Made by a program: the position numbers and the translations under genes
Origin: Phoronis australis
Taxonomy: Eukaryota; Animalia; Phoronida
Reading direction: 5' to 3'
NCBI GenBank assembly: GCA_002633005.1
Contig: NMRA01000239.1
Location: 124,001-188,000 of the forward strand
DNA length: 64,000 nt
The notes under the pieces: generated by a model
What the model was told of the DNA's origin: nothing
Seen by the model: the letters and a program-made list of their open reading frames with translations, nothing else
The model's database searches: none
Part shown: positions 1 to 12,000 of the stretch, in pieces
Position numbering within the stretch: position 1 is the stretch's first letter
Layout of the letters: every line of letters begins with the position of its first letter

Positions 1-3000
1 GAAGACAATTCTGGTGCTGACAACAATGTCAAACCCAACCACCTGACTAAGAATGTGGTACCTAGCGCCAGATAACATATTTGCGTCTTAACCGATTGTT
101 AAAATGGAAACTAAAGTACTTCATAGCTGAATTGGCGTACTTGATTTCACTGCTGAATACAACAGTAGCAAATGCTACTTACGATCATTATAAAGAGACA
201 TTAGTTTGACATCAGAATTACAAAGACAAAATCACCAACGAATTGTCGGTTCTTCCAAAAACGATCGGGGGAGGTTGGCTGTAATAGAGGCTCTGGATGG
301 GGTTGGTGGTCATGACCGGTGATGACAGAGTGTGAAAAAGAAGCATTTGAAGAACTTTATGGCTTTTTTGTAAACACCAATGATTGTACTTATGTGTCTG
401 TAGATGAAAGAATGGAGTGGCTTGCTGGTAATGTGAAGAAACACCTGAAGCATATGTACTTGAATCCAAGAATTGTAACCCTCAGGATTAACAGCACTAT
501 GTGTGTCGCTGGTGTACATGACTGTTATAACTGATGTACAGGGTGCGTTACAACGTGTTCATCACGACTAGTGACAAAAATTCCATTTTTTTACACCAAT
601 ATCTTGAGTTCAATATCAATGAAGACCCCGCAATCAGTTCCAAATGGGAGGTTGGAGGGGCTTGAGGCCACGATAAAAACCATGAAAATCAAAAAACAGG
701 TACTTATAGGCACCATCTCCACCCAGGACATTTTCGATAAAGCCATAGTCGACACAATATAAGGCACAGATGGTGTTCTTCATATTCGTGACATTCCATC
801 GGACATAGCTTCATGATCAAGTTCATAAAAGGCGACATCTAATCAAGTAAGAAAAAACCCCCAACCTCATTTGGCTGTCTCAAATACATGTAAAGCTTCA
901 CCTGACGAAGTGATTGAGAAGAAAGAAAAGTGAACACCACAAAGCATGAAGATCATGTGGTTAGAAGGAGTTCATCCCACATGAAAAAATATTAGATCTT
1001 TGTGACCAAGCATTTTTTGGAAAATATACAATCAGTAGATGTCCACAATGAATCCTTGAACAAAGCTGGCCGGGAATTATTGGGGTGGCGAATGTCACAT
1101 TCGCATGCATTATCAATGAGCATCCTGGGAAATGACATTGAAAATTTATCTAGCATGCTAATCCAGAAAATCGTAATAAAACTAAAAATGAAACTAAAAA
1201 CGATTGCTTTCCCCTTTAGTGTTGCTATAAAACCTGATATACAAGCCCATGGGTCTTATTAACAAAATAATACCTTATTTATTGATGATATTGATACATA
1301 AAACTTATTTTAGTAAATGTAACAGTATATATATATCTGCTTTGTATTTTAAAATATGAAAACTTTAACAACAAAACTGGCAACAATTAATTGGAAAACT
1401 ATATCATTAAGCACTACCCTGTTACCCAGATAGAAGCAAGTCTATAGCTTCACTTTGAGGAGATAGCTTCATAGCATGGCACCAGAATAGAAAAATTAAT
1501 GTTCGCCAAAATCTCCCCAGTGCTTCTACTCTAACAGCTTACGCATCTTGTCCATTAATTGCACCACTCAAGTTTAGGTGTACCATACTTCGGAACAATC
1601 ATAGTTGGTGGCACAACTTGAGTGCGCGCGGCATCAGTGCTTGTAATACACAATTACCACAGTTTTCGCAGGTTTGAGATGAGGCATCTCGTTTCATATT
1701 ACCAAGAGACCAATGCTTGAAGATTGTACACGAGGCTGAAAATAAAAAGCAATAGTTTTAATCATAAGCAACCATTAAAAATATTTCATCAAATGTGCTG
1801 AAATGATGCGCAAAGTTCATTACAGGCAAAAAGCCAATGTTGCATAACACCTAATATGCCTGTGTACTAATTTATGGAAACAACATGTTGTTTGTACTTT
1901 TTACAGTACTCACGGTTATCTAGGATCTTAATAAACAACCTCAACTCTAAGTCAAATATCGAAAAAACTATCCTTTGCCAAGCATTAAAAGTATTTTTTA
2001 AGAGGAGAAAGATCGAGGATTCTAAAAATATGCTTCTTACTACTGTGCCTTTCTTATTGTCACACGGCCATGTTTTTAAGTAAAATTCTCATGTGCAAGA
2101 AGGGTACAGTCATAGCAAAATAAACCCCCAGCCGACTTTACTAAAACTTTTTTAAATGAAAACTTTAGGTTGTGTCTCAAAAACGCTGTAAGGAATTTTT
2201 CATTATTCACTTAGTGGGTTTTATGCCAAATTAACTCGCAAAACGCAAGGCATTTTTGTAAAAAAACAGTGGTCTTATTCATACATCGCTCGGTATGAGA
2301 AAACTAGGCATTTTAAAACAAAATACTAACAGCGTCCACTTTTTAGCATTGCCGAATATTTTACTTTTACATCTACAACACTAGAATTAACATTATACAA
2401 CTGAGCAACACTACTATGATTTCTCTCTGCATAAAAGGAGTCGAAACATAGTTTTTCAGACATGGTTCAATATTATTTTACAATACTCAAGTCTTTTATT
2501 TGCGGCTTAGCCTCAAGTTTTGATCGTACACCGCGTTGTATTTAAGCAGATCTAAAATTATAGTGCATACATGCGTGCACCCAGCCCCCATTTGGGGAAG
2601 TGCGCAGAAAGGTCCGCCTCAGAGAAACGAAAACTACGAAAAAGTAGAAAATGAGACAAAAGTCCACTAAAAAGGTAGAACTACCAAAATTTGGCAAATA
2701 CAAAAGTTCCAGTTAAACTACCGTATGTAACTAAACACACCTTAACAAGGGGTTTATGGCTCTGGGTGAGAAGATAATTGTTTGATTACCCCCTGTGAAT
2801 CCCTGAATAGATGAGTTCCACTCCCCCTCCCAATTTAAATAACAGGGTTTAATTAAAAATACACATTTTCCAGCATGGTGTACCCCTATGCTCACATTCT
2901 CTTCAAGACTGCTGACGATTTCAAATTCAAAGTCGAATTTTTTGGCTTCTCCCATGACGGGATTGACTTCGTTCAGAAATTGATCGCCAACAACTTGCTT

Positions 3001-3508
3001 AACCAAGTCTTCGTACCTATCAGCAGACGTAATCTTGACACAGATGATGAAGTTTTTATCGCCCAGTGGAGATTTTACTCTCTGGTATTCCACATTCCAT
3101 CTTGTCTTAACATGAAGAGCAAAGTTTAGGCTTCTTGTTTTTTGCTTTTGGACAACCAGCTTGTCCCGGCTCATCGCGTGTTCGCTTCGACTTTTTCTTC
3201 AGTACGTCCAGCTTTTCTCGTTGCGATTTGACTGCTCCGGTGTCTTGTGGAGTGGATGGTCCTGCGAAGGCAGAGGCATCTGGTTCATCACAAAAATACC
3301 TCAAAGTGCAAATGTCTCCAAGTGCCGTAAGATCCATGTCTGATTGTTGTTCAAAAGGCGCAACACTTTGACATCAATCTGCAATAAAGATATCGAGACG
3401 GACTCATTTGAAACAAATTTGCTGTACTTTCTAACTTTGTAAGCTCCAGAACAAGGAAAACAACTGCATTAGCTGTTATAGAACCGCCTTCTGTCAAAAA
3501 CTGTTTTA

Positions 3509-4009
3509 AGTGTCTTTCATACTAACGTCGACGCATTGATGTTTTGGGAAGTTGCGGTCAGTATGAACGATTAACTTAGGTCATGAATCGAAGTTAGGTC
3601 CAGTTAACTTCGCACTAAACAGGTGGATTTAAGAGCGAAGCGTTGACGCTGAGGTGCAGTATGAACAGTCAACTTCGGTCCTATCGAAGTTATCACCAGG
3701 TGCCACTGTTATCGTCAACAATTACAGGGTGCCGTCGCTAATAGTTGCTTATATCTCGCTCTTATAATTACCAACTGATTTAAAAATAAGTCTTATGTCA
3801 ATTAGCACATGTAAATGTTCCCAAATTGTCAGATTGAAAAAAATCTTAGAGTGCAGAGCTACCTTGCAATAACTTCAATGACGACAGCGTCACCTACTGT
3901 TTACTTCGATGTTCATTAACTACCGAAGTCAGTATGAACGGTCCAGTCAACTTCGCAGTATATGTCGACGCTCCGCTCAGACAGGAGTTAAGTCAATATG
4001 AAAAGGCCT
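3509..4009. mobile_element. Non-autonomous element with imperfect terminal inverted repeats and internal subrepeats
   Basis: Left TCTTTCATACTAAC vs right GTCAATATGAAAAGG; repeated CAGTATGAAC and CAACTTCG motifs; related fragment near 22715-22790. Confidence 0.4.
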
Positions 4010-4289
4010 ATAGTTTAAACCATTTAACAATAAATATTGAGGTTCATCTCAAGCAATAACGAAATCTTTCTAAATAGAAAAATTCCTTGATGGCTAATAT
4101 ATATTTTAAGATAGCGTGTGTGAACATATGTCTACAACAGCAAAGCCTAAAACCGGTTTAGGTGTGTATTCACACGACACATGAACAGTTTTACTAAGTT
4201 TTGAGCGGCACTTCTAAATACACTTAAGAGAGATCAACCCCAGGGAATTTTCCGGGTTTAGAAACTTGCATGTTTACTATTTTGTTCTT

Positions 4290-4548
4290 CACCCGGGTGA
4301 AAATCATTTCCACACGGGCGGAAATAATTTCCATCTAGGTTGTAATTATTTCAACCTGGTGAAAATAATTTCTACCTATGTTGAAACAATTTCCACCTGG
4401 ATGAAAATAATTTCCACCTGGGTGAAAATAATTTCCACCTGGGTTGAAATTATTTCCACCTGGGTGAAAATAATTTCCACCCGGGTGAAAATAATTTCGA
4501 CCTGGGTGAAAATAATTTCCACCCGGGTAAAAATAATTTCCACCTAAG
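4290..4548. repeat. 21-bp minisatellite (TTTCCACCTGGGTGAAAATAA)n, ~12 copies
   Basis: Visible tandem array; produces the KIISTWV 7-aa repeat ORF. Confidence 0.92.
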
Positions 4549-4959
4549 TAAAAAATAAAACATAAAAAATAATTAAATTTAAATAGTTATGATATTTTTG
4601 GGCCACTGCAGTTTTTGAATTTATTTCTAATTCAAATTTCATTTTTTTACGACGTACAATTGATTTATAAAGAAAATTCTTACTAAACCACAGTAACTCC
4701 TGAAAACTGTTTTATTTTTCAAAGTAATACGATGTTCGTTTTGCAAAATTTCTCTACCTAACTAATTAGCATCAGGCCCAGGGGCAAAAATGTCCAGTCA
4801 CAAGCAAAAAAAACTAAATTTATACTTTCTCTATTGAGTCAGTCTTCTGTACGCCCAAAGTATTAACAATTGCCAGTTTGATATCTACGCCATAGGCTTA
4901 CAGCTGTAGGTCTATTTAGAAAAAAGCATTGTTCGCCTAAAACAAGATGTGTGTGTTAC

Positions 4960-5368
4960 CCTGGGCTTAGGACTACTTTTGACTGGAGCAGTGGAGGATC
5001 TAAAATTACAATAACTCGAGAATCGGCACAAAATATCAAAATAAAATCAAAAAGATGCATAAATGACATCTCTAAAACTACCATTTCATTGAGACAAGTT
5101 CCAAGAGGTCCTGATGACATTTGTATTTCTATATGCTTTGCGAGCAACCATACAGTCATACAGTGTCAGTGTCTGTGTAGAGCGGGTGTGGAATCGGGAA
5201 ATGAGTGCTGTCGTCTGCTACCCATCTCACTTCAAATACTGAGTTTTCATGTAAATCACGGAAGCACAAAACTTACTTTTGGGTATTTTTCGTAACGTGT
5301 GTATGTGGTGCACATTTCATCTTCTCATTTTGAGCTTTTGAGCGTGTATTCGTCTTCCGTGCTGACAT
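4960..5368 (-). other. Candidate first two exons of a divergent spliced transcript (5368-5277 and 4999-4960)
   Basis: ATG at 5368, 92 nt to donor GTAAGT; 40-nt exon with TTTTAG acceptor and GTAACA donor; open frame MSARKTNTRSKAQNEKMKCAPHTHVTKNTQKSSTAPVKSSPKPR; no convincing continuation found. Confidence 0.35.
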
Positions 5369-5384
5369 CGATATCAGACAGTTT

Positions 5385-5900
5385 CACACACCAAGATGGC
5401 TGCCCACTAAAAGTACGCAAAGTCACGTGATGCCAATCGAGAAAAAAATGAATCTATCCAAGAAGCAGTAACCGGGTTGCATTCCGTAAACGAAGTCAAA
5501 AAGCAAACTCATGGGTATATCTTGACAAGATGTCACCATGCATTACGTGGACTGTTCAAGGTTACACTAGCTTTTCTTGCAAGTGTTTTGGGTTTACGGA
5601 ATGTAGCCTGACTGGATCGCCACCTTTCGAAAACTTTTCGAAGCTAGAACTATATGAAGTTGACTTTTCAACTTAAAAATATCACTGATCATGACGAATT
5701 TCCTTTTTTATCTCTTTGTCGTAAAATTGCGTCATATGTCGCGTTTCCCTTACTAATTGGAACATTACACGTCATGAATGTCTATTCTGGGATGTTGATA
5801 TGAAAAGAAACTAGTTTAGCGCGGACGAATAACTTACTTCCGTGACGTGTCTGAAAGGCCATCTTGGATTTTGGCCTGAGATGATCTCCAATCTGCCAAA
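5385..5900. promoter_or_regulatory. Probable OSBP promoter / bidirectional housekeeping-type promoter
   Basis: YY1-like CAAGATGGC (~5392) and opposite-strand GCCATCTTG (~5859), E-box GTCACGTGA (5422-5430), ETS-like ACTTCC (~5836), just upstream of the ATG; motif matches only. Confidence 0.5.
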
Positions 5901-6025
5901 ATGACGGATTCTAAAGTAATGCATTCAGACTCATACAAAGGATGGCTTTACAAATGGACAAACTATATCAAAGGTTACCAGAAACGGTGGTTCGTTTTGC
6001 AAAATGGTTTACTGTCGTACTACAG
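5901..6025 (+). CDS. OSBP: OSBP exon 1 (start, N-terminal half of PH domain)
   Basis: [41 protein letters not shown](R); donor GTATGC at 6026, phase 2. Confidence 0.93.
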
Positions 6026-9000
6026 GTATGCTAAATCACTAAACAACATCCACTTCCGAGTTCCGATTTTCACGTCACAGTCACAAGTCACAGACGTCGG
6101 CCAAAACCTTCACTTCGTCTTCTATCGCTCTTATGATTGCTAATTTAGTGTTAGTTATATTTTATCTGAATTTTCTGTGATTGTAAAACGAATGTGAATA
6201 TCAGCCACCAGTTCTAGTAGTACCTAACACTGACACTGGAGTTGAACTTGGGACTGGGCGGCACAGTGACCACCGTCTCTAACCGGCTAGAGATGGTTTA
6301 GCTCCTATAGGAGTTTCATATGCCAGAAGCTTTTCAGTAAATTATGCCTCACACTGACTAAAACATCAAAGTCATATTGTTATTAATACCTTTTACACAT
6401 AGAGGGACATTTTAGGAGGCCACCAATGTATTTAATTCCTTCCAACTCGAAGAAATACTCCCGTTAGCGTTATCAAACCTTTTCTTTGAGCAGTCCTTTG
6501 TGTTCAGGTCCTAATATCGGAAACTAGCCATTTTTAACACTGTGTAGTAATAGCCGAGATCACCCGACTCGGGGATCGAACCTGCGACCCCCATAAAACC
6601 GGCAAGCGTGCTAACCATTCAGCTAATAGGCAATTGCCCGTTAGCGAGTAGCTAACAGAGGCTCATATAATTCACCGGAAGCACATCTACAACAACTGCG
6701 CACGGCAAGTGGTATGACGATATATCCCCTGGCGTGCACAGTGTAATGTTGTATATGTGCTTCTGGTGAATCATATGAGCCTCTTGTTAGCTACTTGCTA
6801 ACGGGCAATTGCCTATTAGCTGAATGGTTAGCACACTTGCCAGTTTTATGGGGGTCGCTGGTTCGATTCCGGATCAGGTAATCTCGGCTATTACTTACTA
6901 CAAATGGCGTAGTCGGCAAACGGATGATCTACCGATGAAGCACTGCCAACTAGTACCCACGGACCTCAGGATAGCGCGCATGAAAAGTTCCAGGAGTCGA
7001 GGAACTGTATGACGGACAACCTTGTGGTCACCTGTGTTGTGGTGGTAAATGTACCAAGGGAACGTTGATGATCTGTATGCGAGACATCCTGGTGGCTTGC
7101 CTGTTCTGTAAGAAAGGGGGGAATGTTGTGGATGTGCTTCCGGTGAATCATATGAGCCTCTGTTAGCTAGTGGCAGATCCAGGATACCATGAGGGGGGCC
7201 TTCTGGGAATTTGGCAAAGCGCGAGTGTATCTGCACAGGCACCCGAAAGTGGCGGGGGTCGGGGCTGTGAACTTCTGGTCTGAAAATCTTTCAGTGGACT
7301 AAAAAACTAAAAAAAAGGAAAAATGGGAACACGATTCCGCCGCCATCTAGGGTCTGAGCCCCCCCCCTCATCTGCTACCGGCCGTAGTTGCTGAACTCAA
7401 TATCCTCTCGCTTCTTCGTTTTGCTTGTGGCAGCCAAGGGGGTGGGTACCGAGTCCCTTGCCCCCTCCCTAAATCCGCCTATGTTAGCTACTCACTAACG
7501 AGCAATTGCCTATTAGCTGAATGGTTAGGACGCCTGCCAGTTCTATGGGGGTTGCTGCTTCGATTCCCGGGTTGGGTAATCTCGGCTATTACTACAGTAA
7601 AAAGGGCCAGTTACCGATTTTGGGTACTGAGCAAGGGACGATAATAGGAGAATTTCTTCAAGTTGGAAGGAATCAAAAACATTGATGGCCTCCTCAGGTG
7701 TCCCTCTATACGCAAAAAGTATTTATAACAATGTGACTTTGATAATGTTTTAGTCAGTGTGAGGCTTAATTCGCCGAAAAGGTTCCTGTGAATGAAGGCC
7801 CTATAGGAGCTACACCATCTCTAGTTGGTTAGAGACGATGGTCACTGTCTAGGGCAGCACTATCAAGTCTCTCGTTTGTGTAGACATTGACCACTGTCTA
7901 TCGTCTGTGCTATTGTCTTTCCGCTTGGCTGGCAGATAGGTGACCTCCCATAACCATCTCTTGTGTTTTTCTGTTTGATCTTGCGAACATTCACTGTGTG
8001 GTGAGTCTGGTTAGGACACCTGGCATTGAAGCAAAAGGTGCTGGGTTCGAAACTTGGATTAGGCGATTTTTTACTATATTGGCGTGCCATGTTGGGCGCC
8101 ATTTGTTGCCTGTTCACTCATGCGACTGACTAGCAGCAACAATGACTATATCAGTCATAGTAATAATATAAATATGTTGAAGGTATAACAGCACAATGGT
8201 GGATCTTTGGGGGGGGGGTTGTGTTCAGAGGGTTTAAATCCCCCATGTTGGGACAGGATCAAAAATAAAAAATATTTAAAATGTTGCCAGCAAAACGAAA
8301 AGCCAGCATAAGTAATCCCCAACTAAACCACCTCAAAAAAATTGAGTGGGTTTCACCCTGAAAATATAATTTCTTTGCATTTTGATTTGTTGTAATCATG
8401 AAAAGCAAGGCATTTTGAGTGTTGGTGACTCATGGGCAAGTGTACGCGCGCTTCTGTCGACACCTCTGAAGTAGCCAAGCACTCTAGATGGATCCACCGC
8501 GGAAAAAAATAAATATCTATAGCTGATATTTTTAGGCAGCTAGCGTCTTTACTCTAAGATATGTTTTGACATGATTAGGGAAAATACTGTGGTACCGCAA
8601 CTCTGCTATTGAGGGAAACCAAAGTGCAATGTTTTTGCCTCACCTGTCATGCATTGTCATGCTGTTATACTCCTCACATTTGTAATATGAATTTGATTGG
8701 TGTGTAAATAAGTTGTCTTGCGCAATAATCATATAGTGTACATGTAATCATGTAATGTGTTTATTTTAAAAAGTGATCGTTTTCCGAAAAATCGCTTGGC
8801 CCTTTGTAAGGACTATTGTGGCGAGCGCTGTGGATTGGTCACAAGTCCGTTTCATTATACACCTTAATAATTTAGGCCTATACCAGGCATGAACCGGGGA
8901 GGGGGGAGTGGGGAAGGATCTCGCGAGGTGATTGCATTCGCAAACAGGGTACAAAAATTGCAAGCAGACTGTAGTTTCTCAGAAAAGTCTTGAGGGACTC

Positions 9001-12000
9001 ACGTGGTGTTCAATATGCTTCCTAAGGAGTGCTGGTCCAGACCTCAACACTGACAGTCTTCCTACCTGCAAAATAAGCTGACACGAATAATTTAAGATGA
9101 GAAATTTCTTTTTTAATTATTCCAAATTTGTTGTTTCACCCATCTGCACTAAATGTCTCCACACCTATGTGGTGAGACATCATTGTGAAATTTGATGTCG
9201 TACTATTATTTAATCACATAATTACACAAACTCAATGCAAAATCAACATTTTTCAAATTAAGTAGTCAGTTATTTGAAATGGAAAATGATATTCACACTT
9301 TTTGAGTCAGTATACAGGTGCCTGAGCCGTGTTCATAACTGAGGAACTGTGTTTGTATGTGCATGAGACATGTTGGGTAGCCTGCTATTGGTTTTATATG
9401 CGTGTTACCTTATTTGTACGTGTCGTGCACATTGTAGCGTAGTGGTACAGTATGTGAACACAAGCTGATGTAGATAACGATTTGATCGGCCTTACTGGTT
9501 ACTGTTTGAAAGAGTGATGTTAAGTACTACATTGTTGCATGGTGGCATATATATTTACATGTTTTCTGATAGCACCTTTTATTTCTGATGAACTCAGTTC
9601 AAATGTGCAATTTCTTTGTTTTGATGTTTACCCATTGGTTTCCAGGAGCCAGGCTGAGATGGCGCACTCCTGCCGCGGCACCATCAACCTGGCGAAAGCT
9701 TTTATTCACACCGAGGACTCGTGCACGTTTGTCATTTCTAATGGAGACACAACAATATTTCATCTGAAGGCCAGCTCTGAGGTCGAGCGTCAAAGATGGG
9801 TGACAGCGTTGGAACTTGCTAAGTCAAAAGCAGTCAAGATGCTGGAGTCTGGTACGTGCTCTCCTAAAAGTGAACTGCTATGTTTTTGCCATCATGAAAA
9901 GCTGAGTTTTTCATTAAAAATTCTTCAAAAAGGAGACATTGAAAAATGCTTTGCTCAAAGCTGGAGCGTGTACTAAAATTTTAGAAATAGGCAATACTGA
10001 CCATCCCAAATTCAAGAATCACCAGAAAGCCGGCAAAGTTAATCGTGTCCAAAATTCTGGACTTAATATCTTACGATACAGGATTCACATGTTTTACTGT
10101 TAACTTTGTAACATCTCACTAGTCAGGAACATCCCCGACTTTATCCATTAGTGATTTTGTACTGCGATTATAAACCAAAGCAATCATGTTAACAGGTAAA
10201 ATACCCTTCGAGGAACCCAACAAATTGAACAGCTATGTAGATGTGTCTGCTATCCATTGATTAAAAAAAATAATTGAGGGGATCAGATACACGTTGTACC
10301 AGATGTGCGCAGACTGGGCATGTGGGCCCATTGCACTGTTCACCTAGAACCATTTAATATATAGTTGAAACCAAGCTGAGGAGCTGGAAATCTGGCTCCA
10401 GGGTTTTAGCTGTGGGACCCAGTGGGACTCGAACCCGCAACCCCCAGTAAAGAAAGCAGGCACCTATCATCTTCTGTTTTAACCACAACTGGTTTTTTGA
10501 CATATTTTTCTCNCGCATTTTGAGTGTTGGTGACTCATCGGCAAGTGTACGCGCGCTTCTGTCGACACCTCTGAAGTAGCCAAGCACTCTAGATGGATCC
10601 ACCGCGGAAAAAGTAAATATCTATAGCTGATATTTTTAGACAACTAGCGTCTTCTTTAAGATATGGTTTGACATGATTTGGGAAAATACTGTGGTACCGC
10701 AACTCTGCTATTCAGGGAAACCAAAGTGCAATGTTTTTACTTCACCTCGCGAGGTGATTGCATTCGCAAACAGGGTACAAAACTAAGAAATTGCAAGCAG
10801 GCTGTAGTTTCTCAGAAAAGTCTTGAGGGACTCGCGTGGTGTTCAATATGCTTCCTAAGGAGTGCTGGTCCAGACCTCAACACTGACAGTTTTCCTACCT
10901 GCAAAATAAGCTGACACGAATAATTTAAGATGAGAAATTTCTTTTTTAATTATTCCAAATTTGTTGTTTCACCCATCTACACTAAATGTCTCCACGCCTA
11001 TGTGGTGAGACATCACTGTGAAATTTGATGTCGCACTATTATTTAATCACATAATTACACAAACTAAACGCAAAATCAACATTTTTCAAATTAAGTAGTC
11101 AGTTATTTGAAATGGAAAATGATATTCACACTTTTTGAGTCAGTACACAGGTGCCTGAGCCGTGTTCATAACCGAGGAACTGTGTTTGTATGTGCATGAG
11201 ACATGTTGGCTAGCCTGCTATTGGTTTTATATGCGTGTTACCTTATTTGTACGTGTCGTGCACATTGTAGCGTAGTGGTACAGTATGTGAACACAAGCTG
11301 ATGTAGATAAAGATTTGATCGGCCTTACTGGTTACTGTTTGAAAGAGTGATGTTAAGTACTACATTGTTGCATGGTAGCATATATATTTACATGTTTTCT
11401 GATAGCACCTTTTATTTCTGATGAACTCAGTTCAGATGTGCAATTTCTTTGTTTTGATGTTTACCCATTGGTTTCCAGGAGCCAGGCTGAGATGGCGCAC
11501 TCCTGCCGCGGCACCATCAACCTGGCGAAAGCTTTTATTCACACCGAGGACTCGTGCACGTTTGTCATTTCTAATGGAGACACAACAATATTTCATCTGA
11601 AGGCCAGCTCTGAGGTCGAGCGTCAAAGATGGGTGACAGCGTTGGAACTTGCTAAGTCAAAAGCAGTCAAGATGCTGGAGTCTGGTACGTGCTCTCCTAA
11701 AAGTGAACTGCTATGTTTTTGCCATCATGAAAAGCTGAGTTTTTCCTTAAAAATTCTTCAAAAAGGAGACATTGAAAAATGCTTTGCTCAAAGCTGGAGC
11801 GTGTACTAAAATTTTAGAAATAGGCAATACTGACCATCCCAAATTCAAGAATCACCAGAAAGCTGGCAAAGTTAATCGTGTCCAAAATTCTGGACTTAAT
11901 ATCTTACGATACAGGATTCACATGTTTTACTGTTAACTTTGTAACATCTCACTAGTCAGGAACATCCCCGACTTTATCCATTAGTGATTTTGTACTGCGA

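Larger units (their letters stand above)
6263..7848. mobile_element. Palindromic/foldback DNA element (arms ~6263-6540 and ~7600-7848) hosting two LTR insertions
   Basis: ACAGTGACCACCGTCTCTAACCGGCTAGAGATGG at left is the near reverse complement of CCATCTCTAGTTGGTTAGAGACGATGGTCACTGT at right; similarity continues for ~250-280 bp and into the central spacer 6695-6746. Confidence 0.8.

Noticed and set aside
4266-4547. 93-aa KIISTWV repeat ORF
   Set aside because: Translation of a 21-bp minisatellite.
6811-6879. Functional tRNA genes (also 31820-31897, 55042-55112, ~12240-12300)
   Set aside because: A and/or B boxes are present, but acceptor and anticodon stems do not pair properly; all are embedded in mobile-element contexts.
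6263-7848. DIRS-like element with inverted terminal repeats and an internal complementary region
   Set aside because: The PBS, PPT, TG...CA ends and two separate 4-bp TSDs are better explained by LTR insertions into a palindromic host; there is no tyrosine recombinase remnant.
9539-11809. Two 145-aa PH-domain genes, or mutually exclusive exons
   Set aside because: Each is OSBP exon 2 plus intronic read-through; the duplication is joined at an n and looks allelic.
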